Source of the DNA: Intoshia linei
Lineage: Eukaryota; Animalia; Orthonectida
Assembly: GCA_001642005.1 (NCBI GenBank)
Contig: LWCA01000013.1
Coordinates: forward strand, 23,582 to 87,581
Reading direction: 5' to 3'
Length of the DNA stretch: 64,000 nucleotides
Part shown: in pieces, positions 27,301 to 40,252 of the stretch
Position numbering within the stretch: the stretch's first letter is position 1
Layout of the letters: the number at the start of each line of letters is the position of its first letter
The notes under the pieces: generated by a model
What the model was told of the DNA's origin: nothing
Seen by the model: the letters and a program-made list of their open reading frames with translations, nothing else
The model's database searches: none
Program-made: the position numbers and the translations under genes

Positions 27301-30300
27301 ATTCAACTAGTAGACTAGGTTCAAGTTTCTGTACATGCATTTCAGGATATTTCCGCGCTAAAGACGAATCATTAGAATCGAAATGTTCTAGTAATATTTA
27401 ATTATCATACGTTTCAATTTAATATTAAATGTAAAAAATTAATTAGTAAATTAGTAAAGTAATTAGAAAATATAAAAAATTTATAGATCCGCCATCTGCT
27501 GTACAAAATCTTAATGTATTGTTTTTCGATAAATTGCCAAATAATTCAATAAACTCGGTGTATGCATCACATGAAATTGAAGATGTAAATGACATGTCGA
27601 AGGCAATGATTAAATGGGATCCACCGGTAGATAGTGGTGGTAGAAACGACATAACATATTCGGTAATTTGTTCCAACTGTGACAGTTCAATTGAATTTTT
27701 ACCCTCCATTGATATGCTTAAATCCACAAGGTATAACATTTATTTTATGTACTGCATTATTATATTGTAACATCATTTTGTTAACAACAAAGAGTACAAT
27801 GTACATAAAACTATTGAATCATTCTAAAATCTCACGAGATTAAAAGCTGCTTTAATCATTTATTAATTTACGCTAATTTTTTCGAAATCTTTACATTTTG
27901 TATTTACATAGATTATTGTATACAAAAATGATAAATAAATTAAATTAATTTATCAAACGCTTAAAAGTAGTTTTATCATACATGATTACTTCTTTAATTT
28001 ACCCTAATGTTTAAACTTGAATGATTTAATGTTTTATAAAACGCCTCAAGAAACTTTATATTTTATGTAGTGTTATCATCAAAAATTTGAAACCAAATCG
28101 TTTATATTCTCTCAAAATTGTTTCTCAAAATGGAGTATCTGATGTTAGTAATTTGGTTTCTTATGCTAAAATTGACCTCAAAACTACTTTGGAAGGTAAT
28201 TAATTTACATAAACGTAAATGTAGTAAATTTATTAATACATGTTAATATATTCTACAAATAGATAATTAATAAAATACTCTAAATTGAATTTTTGGCTCC
28301 ACTGTTCATTTTCATTTATGAATTACATATACTAATTTGCGCCTTTTTTCATTACTATGTTTTCAACAGGTAATATTTGATAATTTCTATAGCTATTATC
28401 ATTTTTTTATTGTTATCGTATTTGTGCAGACATTTTTCAAAACATTACTAAAATGACAGACTGATTCTTAATTAATCACGTTAGTCATTTTATCTGTTCA
28501 TTTCACAATAATTTCAAGATTAAATATAGCCATACCAATATAAAATGGTTCTTTTTATGTATATTTATCAATATATTAATGTACTCATTATCATAAATTA
28601 TAGCTATCAATACCATTCAAAATTTTGAAATTGAACTGTTAAAGAAAGGGTTTATAATGTTGAAATGGACCAAATCGAATAAATATGAAAAATATGAAAT
28701 TCGATGTCAAAAATTTATCAATTTCACTTATGAAAATGTCAATACATTTCAAAACGCATCCAGAAATGAAAAATTTGAAAATGTTTTAACAACAAACAAT
28801 TTTGCCAATTATACCGTTGAGCCTTACTATTATTATGCATTTGAGGTAAATTGTGTCAAATTAAATTAAATTAAATTAAAACGTTAACGTTAACACACTA
28901 AACCAGCGTTACCAAAATGTCGGTTCGTGAAAAAATTTTACCGGTCTGCGAAATAATTTTGAAAAAACTTTTTACTAATTACAACTTTTAATTTAAAAAT
29001 CGATTTTTACGTTTTTTATCAAATTTTTTTAACGTTGCTTAGTAATTTTGCTTTAATGATCCGCGATAAATGTTATAATTTATTACCGGTCCGGTTCGAT
29101 GAAAAAAATGTGCAAACCCCTCCACTAAACTTAGTGTGTTAATTTAATTTATTTAAAAAGGAATTTTTTTGAAAATGACAAAATCACCCTAAAAATTTTA
29201 TAAAACCAATATTATGTACCTTAAAAATGAACTAAATGAACATTTTTTAAAAAAATTTAATTTTTGACTAGGAGGGATGAAACCTTTTTGTGTATAACTA
29301 TTTTCTATACATTGTAATTGTAAAAATTTTAATTTTAGATTCGAGGTCTACTCAATACCAAAAACAAATGGTGGTCCAAATTTTCTGAACCAATTGTTAT
29401 TTATTGTGACTCTAAAGGTATGTATTTTCTATGTTAGAATTTATATAAACGGTAAAATACACATACAAACCACATTTAAATGCTTGGCTACAAAACACAG
29501 GTCACAACTACGAAAAGTTATTTCATATACATGTAGTTAAGTTGAGTTAATAAGTTAGAAAAAATATTCTTTTTATGAAAGAAATATCGCGTAATTCTTT
29601 ATCTTATTGACCTAACATTTTAACTTGGTATGACATTAATCGATTCAATGTCTTATCAAGGTTCAATTAGAAGGTAGTTACCCTATCAAACCTAAGTTTT
29701 TTAAATTACATTAAATTTACTTTATTATTTAGGTTACGTAAAATTCCAAGAAAGCATAATTCATGCAAATTACCACATTATAACAATATCGGCCGTCGTA
29801 TTTGTTATTTTAATTATTATTGGTGTCATTTTACTGAAATGTTTTTTTAAAAAACGTAAAAACAAAAAAGACTGTATTCAAAAATATAACGTGTCAATGG
29901 TTATGGGAGAATCTGGATCAATTATCCCTGTTGTAAGCTTAGACAAGGGATTTAACCAACAGACTGGTATGATTACACGAGAAAATTTGTCATTGAAAAA
30001 AGAAAATAAAAGCATTTACTCTTCCTTGGAAAATTATTATAATTTTAATGAATTAAATTGCGGCATTAAAACGTTTGAAAAATCAAGCGTCAATTTTATT
30101 TATCCAGATTCTTATACCTCACTTAAGGAAGCTCTTAATTCTCATTTTGTGGAACTTAATCATACGGATTACAGCATTATTTCTGTCATTCAATCAGGTA
30201 AATATTTTTGTCATTTGGTAATTATTGTAATTTAGGAATATTTGGAAATTTATGTAAAGGAAAAATAAATAAAGCCAATGGAAATTGTACTTTATATGAA

Positions 30301-33160
30301 CAACTTGTTGCAATAAAACTTTTGAGAAAAGATTATACTGACAAAGAATATTTTAATGAAGCTGTCATTATGAAGCAGTTTAATCATCCAAATATTTATT
30401 CCATCGTTGGAGTCATTTTTTCTGGTAATTATTTATCATTATTAAAATTTTTTTAATTTTGAGATGAAGGTTTTGATTTTAAAATTTAATAATGGTATAC
30501 TGCAGAGTTCAGTGACGTACGGATAGCAGATATGTTTTTAAAATTTTTTATTCTTATTATTATTAATATTATCATTTTTTTTATCATAAACATGGTACAA
30601 TGTATTTTCAAGGAATGAAGTAATTTTAAATTTATTAATTTAGTTCATCCTCGAATGTGCGTGTATGAATACATGGTGAACGGATTATTGAGTGAATTTT
30701 TGATGGTAATATTTATTTTTTAATGTAAATGTTTAGTTTAATTATTCAATTTAGAAATTTGAACATAAATTATCCGACAATGTAAAAATGAGGTTTGTGA
30801 TCAATATAACGGAAGCTTTGCTTTATTTTGAAAAAATTGGATTTTTATATAAGGTATTTCAATTATAAAGTTTTACCTACGATCCACCCGCAGGATAAGG
30901 GCAAAGCGAGTTAAACATTTTAATTTAAATATTTTTTTAATAATTTAATTACATTAATTGTTAAAAATAATGTTTGTGTAATTATGAATATATGGAAAAT
31001 GGGAGAGAATAATGTGCAATGACCAGTGGTTATGAAGCATGATTAGGCTTTTTTTATTGACCTTAAATTAAATAATTATTTAATTTACAATTATTAATAA
31101 TTTGTCTATTATTATAATTTAATTTTTGAGTTGAAAAAATTAATGTTTTCTACTATGCTACAGTGTGTATTTTTGGGAAAATGTAAATCAATCTCAAGTA
31201 AATAAGTTTCAATTTTTATAATATAAAAATTATATATTATGAACATATTTTTTATGAACTGCAGAAGGAAATTTCAGAATATATTTTTTCCAAACCTTAA
31301 AGTGGAGGGTTTTGTACGATTGTTTTAAACCAAACCTTACAGGGGAGGATTTTTACAATATTTTTTACTTAAAGCCATTTCATTGGTTTACATTTATTTT
31401 TTTTATATCAATTTTAATATAAAGACTATAGAAGTGTATACAGCGTAAGAGTACACCCTAATTTTATTCTGTATTTTTAATAAATTTTTTTTATTACATT
31501 TCATGCAACATTGGCATATTTTTTGTAAGAATCTACAAAAAACACCTTTTCAAATTTGAGTACAGATTAATTCCAATAGATACACTGGTAGAAATTTATT
31601 TATGGAACAGGGTTTCGCAAAACCGAATCTACCATACTAGAGACCCTCTTCGGTGGATAAATAGGCTGACTCGTCGGAATTATTTTAAAATGGTGGATTA
31701 ATTTTAGAGAAATTGAATTTTTTTGACTTTTAAATAATGACTAGTTACAACTGACTAACATTTGTTTTAGATGCATTTTCTCGTATTTTATTCTACATTA
31801 AAAAAAGTTGACTTAAAAATTTTTTAGGATTTACGGATTAGCAAAATTTTTTTAAATGACGAGACGGTAGGGCACTTAATTACAACTTTTGAGTAAACGG
31901 TAGAAATTGTAATTTGTTAGATTTTAATTTCAATTCTAAATTAATTTACATGATAAAATTATGATTATACATTGGTGATTTTTAATCAAAAAAATAAAAC
32001 TTAACCGAGACTTTAAAATTTATTATCTGAAAAATTTTATAAAATGTAATTTTAAATTAATAATAGTTTCAGATTAAATAAAAGTAATTTTGTGATAATA
32101 TTTTAATAAAATCGTAAATCTAACGTGTCCACTTTTTTAAATTCGATACGAACCATATTCCAGATAATTATAATTTCGACTAATTGACAAAATTTAGAAT
32201 TTAAACACAAAAAATGTATACATGAATGGATATTTGCAATGTAAAATTGGAAATTTCAAGGAAAGTAAAAATGATGGAATGATGTGGATATGCCCAGAAA
32301 CATTACTGGGTGATAAGTTCACCTACAAATCAAATGTGTGGAAACTGGGTGTATTAATATGGGATATTTGGTCTTACGGTAAACTGTCGACATTAAACAT
32401 TCCCCAAAAATCATATGAAAACGATTTCATCAAACCAGTAAACACTGAAACCAAACCGCAAATATTTTTAATTCGATCCAAACAGACTCTACTCGTAACT
32501 AGCTTAAAACCAAACCAATACTTTGGAGAACTAGAACCAGTGTATTGTCTTACAAACGAAAAAGTTGAAATATCTGAAATTTTAAAAAAATGTTGCAACA
32601 TAAACAGTAAAGACAGAATGAATTTACAATCAATACAAGCAATTTTGGAAAATACGATTTTTAAAAATTCTCATAAATTTGACATTCATAAGGATAATTA
32701 TTATTACAAGTTATCTCCAATTCTTTCAAACCTGAAAGAATCTTCATACATGAATAATTTGGATGGAATATTGGACGTATTGTCATTTTTGGGCCTCAAT
32801 TTTTACATTACCAATTTCATATCTCAAAAAATTGACAATCTGTCAAAATTTGCACGCTTGCACAATTCTATTGAAAACGTTTTCCAACTCTTACAAATTT
32901 ATGATACTGATCATCAAAATACACTTTCTCATTTAGTGTCATTCATAAGTGATTTTCGAAAAAATTACGAAATCAACAACGATATAACTAAAGAATACAA
33001 AAACTTTCAACATCCGGATACATCCTTTTTTGATAATACAAATTCAAAAACAGACACTTCGTCGAAATGTACAAATTCTACAAACTCGGAACTTTTCTAT
33101 AATGAAAATATTGACTTTCAGTTTGACAATCAAATTTCAAATCAAGTCAAAATTATATAA
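24327..33160 (+). CDS. Eph: Eph receptor (ligand-binding domain, sushi/EGF, 2 FN3, TM, kinase-like, SAM, PDZ-binding tail), probable pseudokinase; exons 24327-24484, 25279-25987, 27238-27390, 27487-27730, 28071-28195, 28604-28845, 29339-29417, 29733-30197, 30236-30424, 30644-30705, 30755-30853, 32198-33160; signal-peptide exon not located
   Basis: Motifs in order: EILYDS..LNW; WKETS...RAYVICN...NWLR; FSMRKC; CKESF; FLDKGACVAI; CQCLPGFEP; YYKS...CKKCP...CTCISGYFRA; WDPPVDSGGRNDITYSVIC; SQNGVSD; TM segment IITISAVVFVILIIIGVILL; VAIK; EAVIMKQFNHPNI; WICPE; SAM-like LSFLGLNFYITNF; C-terminus VKII. All junctions are GT-AG and in phase. Confidence 0.93.
26060..26450. mobile_element. Long-inverted-repeat (foldback-like) element; related copies near 50117-50375 and 58970-59520
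   Basis: Inverted arms ttagagcgacataatcatcgattttg ... gatgattatgtcgctttaag recur at three loci. Confidence 0.6.
26735..27034. mobile_element. hAT MITE family A with perfect 8-bp TSD
   Basis: Ends read CCTTAAAG|taggagtcggcaacc ... ggtgccgacccctg|CCTTAAAG. Confidence 0.9.
28904..29122. mobile_element. hAT MITE family B with perfect 8-bp TSD
   Basis: CACTAAAC at 28896-28903 and at 29123-29130. Confidence 0.85.
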
Positions 33161-33216
33161 CTTTTATAAAAAAATTATACAGGGTGATTGTTAATTTTGT
33201 GTATATTAAATTTTCA

Positions 33217-36200
33217 TTAAATATTGTTGAATGAATCGGTAGATTGGCTACAAGTTGAGTCTATATTGTATCGGTTTAAATTTCTTGGTTTCAATGTTCT
33301 TTGGATTAGATCAGTGGCTTCTCTTTTTAATGTATGCAACTGTCCTAATGGAGACATTCGTTTCGTTGTAATTATACTTTCTTGCTGATTTTCGTTGATG
33401 TAAAATTTTTTTGATCGTTTCTTTGAATTGCGGATTTGTATGTTTATCATCATTTTCAACATTATACCCATTATGCAACCAAATAAAAAGACAAAACATA
33501 TTACTATATAATTAAATTTGTGGGTTTCAATGCAATCTGATTTTAAAATTTCACTTTTATCCTTTTTTACACTGTTACGTTTCCAATGTTTTCCCATTTT
33601 TAATGATTTTAAATCCTAATTTTTAATTTTTTAAAATAATAAATAAAAAATACTCTTGTCAAATTATTAAAGCTTTGGATTGGTGCTAGTGTTGAGTTGA
33701 ACTTTTTCAAATTCTTTGTATTATTTTTTGATGCAATCGTTGTAGCTTAAATTTATCATTAAAAATTTAAAGAATAAGAAAATACATAAACTCAAAATAA
33801 GCTAATTAAAATCAGTTACAATTAATTGACCATTGAGCAGAAAAAAAATAAAAATATCAATCAGTTAGAGCGGATTCATAGGACTAATTGAATGGTTAAA
33901 TAAATACTAGTGATTGTGCCGGGACAAAATTTCCGAATTTTCGGATTTTTACGATTTCCCGAAAAAAATTGAGACATACCTGTATTTGATTTATGTTTGT
34001 TATTAATATGAAAATATGATTATATTATAATATTTAAAATTTACCATTTCAAAAATCCCACCACTAATAAATTTAATCAAAAATACCATTTCAAGCCCTC
34101 ATGGAAACATTGTGTTACACCGATATTTTCAAAAATACAATTTTACGAAATCTTATGAAAAAAATCCACTTCATCAAACCACAAATAAAAAATCTTATTT
34201 TCCAGCCCATAATGGAAAAATATCCTTTTTCCAATACTTTTTTTAAAAACCTCTTATTCCAACCACAAATTGCTAACGCTTAAGGGAATTATCCTCTTTT
34301 TCCAATATTATTTTGAAAAATATTATGAGTAGTTACAAACTGGAACGCTATCATCAAGATTGTTAAAATTAAAGGAAGCCCTTATGACCGTTCAACCTAC
34401 GTGCACACAAAATGAAAGAAATTTCTCTACTGCTTCTAATTTCGTTGCAAAACGTAGAACGAGTTTAAAAGACGAATCTATCAATATTATGTGTTTTGAA
34501 AAACTTTTTCAACAATCTAAAATAAATAAATTTTTTTGCTAATTAAATTTGTAAATTTCAATCTAGATTCGTGTTATGTCATTAATTAAATTTCTTTTTG
34601 TTTCTAAAATTAATTAAGGTCTCTAAAATTTTTTATTTTTCCCGGGAAATCACAATCACTAATAAATACCTGCATAATTAATGATACATGAAAATGAAAA
34701 TTACGTATGGTAACATTCTTAATTTCTTTGATAAATCTTGATTTGAAATTTGATAATTTAAATAACAAATTATTAAAATTTGACACATTATTATCAGGTA
34801 TGATTGTGTTGCATTTTGAGTTGGTTTTATTTACATTTATTGAAAAGGTTAAATTAGTTCCAATTCGTTTTTTATTTTTCTGGCTTAAATTAACTTCATA
34901 TTTCAAAATCAAATTTGGAAAAAACAAATATTCAGAATAAAGATTCTAATAATAAACTGTATGTATAATATCTAAAAATAAACTATAAACGTGAGGCTGT
35001 AGGTCCACGGGAACTGAAAATTTTCGTTCCTGAAAAAACCCGTAAATACCCATAGAGTTTAGTATAAAAACTAAACGTATGCACGCTTACAATCTCAATT
35101 GAAAGTTTTTATATAAATTATAATTATATACCTTTCTAAATTGAGAAACATGCAAATTCAAATCCAAAACACCAGTTGAGTTAATAAAAGTATAACTATA
35201 AAACATGAATTTTTTTTTACATTCAGATAATTGAATACGATTCAAAATTAGTTTCGTAATATTCTTCTGGACATTAGAACATGTCGACAAAATGTATACT
35301 TTAATCATATTGAATATTTCATCATAAATTATATATCGCATAAACTGCAATCTGAAATCATTATAGTAAATATAAAAGTAGTTATCAACAGGGCGGTATG
35401 CCAACAATGGGCTGAGTAAATCAAAAATGGTAGACTCTTGTAAACGTATAAAAATTTAAAAAAAATTGATTCTTCTATTTTTAATCCAATTAGTCAATCT
35501 CTTCTTCAGCATAACCCTGCTGAAGTAAAATTTCGTCTCACCAAGAAATTTTTTTTAACATATTAGTCTATTAATTTAGAATATAAGCCATCATATGACC
35601 TAACCCTCTACACGGCCTGGCTTTAGTACAATGTAATATTTAGATAAATACTTGACTGATGATTCATAAATTATTAAACAGGGAATATTGTTGTTTTTTT
35701 CAGAATTTAATTGACTAACTTTAAATTTATCCAAATCCAAATAACAAATAAATCTTTTACTTTTTCTACATTGATAAAATCATATAATTAGACAAATCAA
35801 AATAAATGAAAAGTAGAATACAATGTAATATAAAGTAGTATACTTTAATGATTTAGTAACTACAGTGTTTGTCAACGTGGATGGCCAGTCACCCTTTAGT
35901 GTAGCAAGATATTTTTAAATTTTATTGCAATTACTGCATCCATTAAAATATGGCATGACGTAGATAAGGATGTTATTCCCATGCTCACCAATTACCTCTC
36001 TGTTACATTGTAGTATCGCATCTTTAAGACTATACGTCTGGGGCCCGAGATTCAAATAAAATATAAAAAAATTTTTATAGGATAATTTTTAATATTTATT
36101 ACAGAGTTGCCAGATGTTGGAATTTATTCCAAAGCCCCGACGACCGCTACATTGTTATTTCAAAAATCCCACTTTTATCCCACCATTAATAAAATTTAAT

Positions 36201-39200
36201 AAAAAATACCATTTCAACCCTCGGATAAATCGACTTTTACATTTATTTTTTGAAAAACACGATTTTACCAAAACTTATGAGAAACTTTAATTTTATATTA
36301 TAAATGTTTTATATTTACTGTTTCGTTTAGGCAAAAAAATATAATTTTGAAAAATGTCCATAGCAGGGATTGGAATTAATTGGTAAAAATTATTGAAAAA
36401 TAATCAATTAATTGTTTGTTCAAAAATTATTTTTTAATTAATTCAAGATTGATAACAATATCAATCATTTTTAAAAAACTGTCATGTAGTTATAATGAAT
36501 ACTAGAATGCTGTTTGTTCGAAGTACATAAAAGTCAAGCTAGTAGGTTAAATACATCATTTTTCTGTTCATTAATTAATTTTTTCATCCAACCATTCGTC
36601 AATAAAAGGATTCAGTTTATATCTTTTCAGTTATATAAAAAAAACCAATTATTTGAAAAATTAATATTTAGCAAACAATTAATTGGTTTATACAAAATAA
36701 TTGATTGCAATCAATTATTTCTAATCCCTGGTCCGTAGTACAGACTCTGTACATTATTTTAATCGGGAACCACTGCATTACACGGTACTGACTAGTCTTT
36801 CAAATTTAAACTTTTCCTCGGCTTTACCCTTAACTAACTGTATTGTTGTGCGTGTAGCGAGAAAATTTTATGGCGTACCATATGGTGTAGGCCAATTTAT
36901 TTGGCTCTGTCGTACACAAATGACTACATTCATGATTTAGTACCAATAAAACCAAAACAAATTAAGATAAATAATTACAAAGTTTCTTGATGAATTTTAA
37001 TCAAAATTAATAAGCTGTCTTTATATTCCAAAACATTTAATATTTCAAAATTTTTAAATTGTCTAGTTTTGTATACAACAACAATTTTTTTTAATTTATT
37101 GAATTTACTCGTCTAAGTTTTGTTAAATTTATAATACGACAAATTTAAAAAATTACCAAATTAGTCATTTGTAAGAAATATTCAAGGTTCATATTTGACT
37201 AATTAAAAAATATTTAATAATATCAAATAAAATTACATTTCCAATGACGTAAATTAAAAAAATTGAATTATTTTTCGAAAATGAATAAACGTGTAAACTT
37301 TCTAAATGTAAATTTAGAATTTAGACTGGAGTATTTTTAATATATTCATGTTACCGTCAGTTTGCAATTTCAGTAAATATGAAGAAATATGGCGTAGTTA
37401 TGGTTCTCATATTGAGATTCTCAACTTAATTAATTTTTTTAAATTTAATAGAGGAGTTTATAACTATAATATAATTATAATATAACCTAGTCTGGTGCCA
37501 TGATTGAAAATCTTGATAAAATTAATTCAATCAGACGATAACATATACAACTATTTATATCTAAAATTACTTGAAACTGTTCTTCTTTGGTACAGTAAAC
37601 TGGGTTTAAAATGAGAATTATTGTCAGAAATTTCAAAGGCATACATTATATTTTTTCGGTTAAACCATCTAGTATAAATATATACACGTTTATCTTTTGA
37701 ACGTTCGATAAAAGTCCATGTGTAACTTTCATAGAATCTTTTTGTCAATATATTGACATTGCTGAAATCTTTGTCAATGATTATCAATTTTGAGGTCTAA
37801 ATAATTAAAATTAAACAATGTAAATTATAAAATGTACATACCAGCGGTAAAGCAGTGGAACTGGGCCAGATGAAATCTATTGCCTTATATAAAATTTATC
37901 AATTATAAAAGTTTTTTAAACGTGGTTAATTAAATTATACAAATCGAATTTTATAAAAATAAATTTCGTATATTCATAGATTTATGTGTAAAATTTACCA
38001 ACAAAAGATTTTGCAAGTAGGTACTAGGCACTATATCATGAAACTATTATCCATATAATTAATTTCGCGACACTTAAGGGTATTTCATGTGCCGCCTTAT
38101 GAGCCAAGGTAAACCGTTTTGAAAAGTCGGTATATTCAAAAATGTTAATATTTTAATAAATAAATATAACCTACCAATTGAGCATAGTTTAAAACGACGC
38201 ACATAGGTTTCATAGAACAAGTTCCACATAATATAATTTTATCTTGATTTGGATAATCTAATGCAAATAAAACGTCATTGTAGCAATTTTTCTAAAATTT
38301 TATTAAAATTACAATCATAAAAATGTATTCATAATATGGATTCCATATTTATTACATTTAAAATTAGAGCTTTTAAAAAGTGGGTTAAAATTAAACACAT
38401 TTAATGTATTACAATTTGCTACGATTTTTCGGTTTTTAAAGTCATTTTATGGATTCGCATTATTTTCTATTTGAGGACGATTCCAGTATCCCACCATCTT
38501 CTAGTTTAACAATTTCTTATAATTTCGTAAAAAAATTTTTTTTAATAAAATTTAAATATTAAATCAACAACATTACCATTTTTTTGCTAAAAATTGCAAA
38601 AAAAAAACAGAAATTAAGTTAATTTAGAAAATATCTCCTTTTTTTAAAAAACAGGACGAGAAAAGGATAAAAATAAAGGACTGTCTTTAAATTAATAGAC
38701 ATTTCACCACTCTAATTTCATGTAACTTTAAACTTAAAATTATATATTTTTATCATTTCAACCAAATAAATGAAACAATTGATTTGTACCATTTGATTTC
38801 CATTTCTCCATAAACAATTGCTGACATCTTCTGGAGATGAGACCCATTCAATCTCTTTTTCAGTTTTTAGTGTATCCTTATTCAATATGTTAATTTTATT
38901 TCTAAATATAACATTAATAATAATTATAATTATTATAATTGATTTTTGCAACATGTTCCAATTTTTAAAAGTTCGCGTTCGCATCGTGTTGCAGAACACT
39001 AATACATTAGTACTGATCTATGCATTGTATAAATGGGCCAATTTTAATTACTGAATCATTTCAGTAACTTTTTTGGCCTTGCTATGGACTATCTATATCT
39101 ATATATGCCTATATCTGTAGACACTAATCATGTTTATATTCAATTGCAATTGACGGGCCGGATAATAAACTTTTTAGCATTTTTTTATTATATAATTGCG

Positions 39201-40252
39201 CCTTGACATTAGTCATTAGTGAAAACGAATTTTAAAATAATATTCAATTATCTGGATCTTAGACAGAATATGTTTATTACACACAACTAAAATAACTAAA
39301 ATATTCAAGGCCTTCCGTTTAATAAAAGTACTAGCTTGGATGTTTTGTACTTTATACAAACAGCACCTAGCTCGCTGAGGGCGGACATTTTTAATTCTAC
39401 CAAAAAAGTCATAAAAATGCTTTTTTGATTGTGAATTTGTTACTTTTTTAGATTAAAATTTTTTTTAAATTCTAGGGCTGTTTTCATTTTATAAAAAAAG
39501 GGTAATCTGGGGTTTTGATCGATGAAAATAAACCTTTTTGAGGTTTTTATTTATGATAACTCTTATAATTTTAAAATTTATCCTAGAATTTTTGTTGTAT
39601 GCAATTCTAGGACTTTTTTCATTTTTATAAAAAAGGATAATTTGATGTTTTGACAAGAAGATATCAGATTTTGAAATGGAAAATAACTATAATGTTGATG
39701 ATTTTAAAATCGTGACCAGATTGTGTATTTTTTATAATACTAGGACGGGTTTGAATTTAAAAAAAGGGGACATTGGGGTTTTAACCTTGAAGGGCTCAAT
39801 TTATGAGATTAAAATGTATCTTACCTTCACCACCAAAACAAACTGTAATAAAAATGTAGTATTTTTAAAATTATATTTTAAAAAATTATAGTGTGTCAAT
39901 AAGAGTCTATAATAATACTAATTAAGAATTTAAAATAATTTTTTAAATTTTGACAATGTTTTTTAGAATACGTTTGTTGTGAAATTTTGAAAATAGTTGT
40001 AAAAAATTTATAAAGCCTAGGTAAAGTAGAATAAATTATACTTGAAAATTTTCATTAAAACCGGGCTAAAAATTATTTAACCACACAATTTTAAAAATAC
40101 TAAATATTAATTGTTACATTTTTTAATTAATTTTATAATTGACGGAAATGAAATACAAATAAATTACCTTTGAGTAATAATAAATACATTCAACTTTTCA
40201 ATAAAAACAACAGAGTGAATAATTTCATTAGTTGAACTGTATTCAATTGGAT
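33217..40252 (-). CDS. Divergent semaphorin-like (Sema-domain) single-pass membrane protein; confident exons 40252-40168, 38901-38790, 38291-38175, 34945-34705, 33745-33654, 33615-33217; middle exons (35132-38130) and first exon only partly resolved
   Basis: The spliced product ...FIITQR|NKINILNKDTL...IEWVSSPEDVSNCLWRNGNQM|KNCYNDV...IILCGTCSMKPMC matches the Sema-domain pattern GAR-N...W.S...C...G...C.N...CGTNAF.P.C. YFFIFTEIA resembles YFFFRE.A. A C-terminal TM segment YIVICFVFLFGCIMGIML is followed by a basic tail. Confidence 0.72.
33908..34661 (+). mobile_element. Deleted hAT element (754 bp) in an intron of the semaphorin-like gene
   Basis: 11-bp TIRs tagtgattgtg/cacaatcacta, a perfect 8-bp TSD ATAAATAC, and a residual dimerisation-domain ORF (PTCTQNERNFSTA...RRTSLKDESINIMCF). 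Confidence 0.92.
36364..36730. mobile_element. hAT-type MITE
   Basis: TIRs cagggattggaattaattg / caattatttctaatccctg; TSD gtccatag / gtccgtag (7/8 match). Confidence 0.8.
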
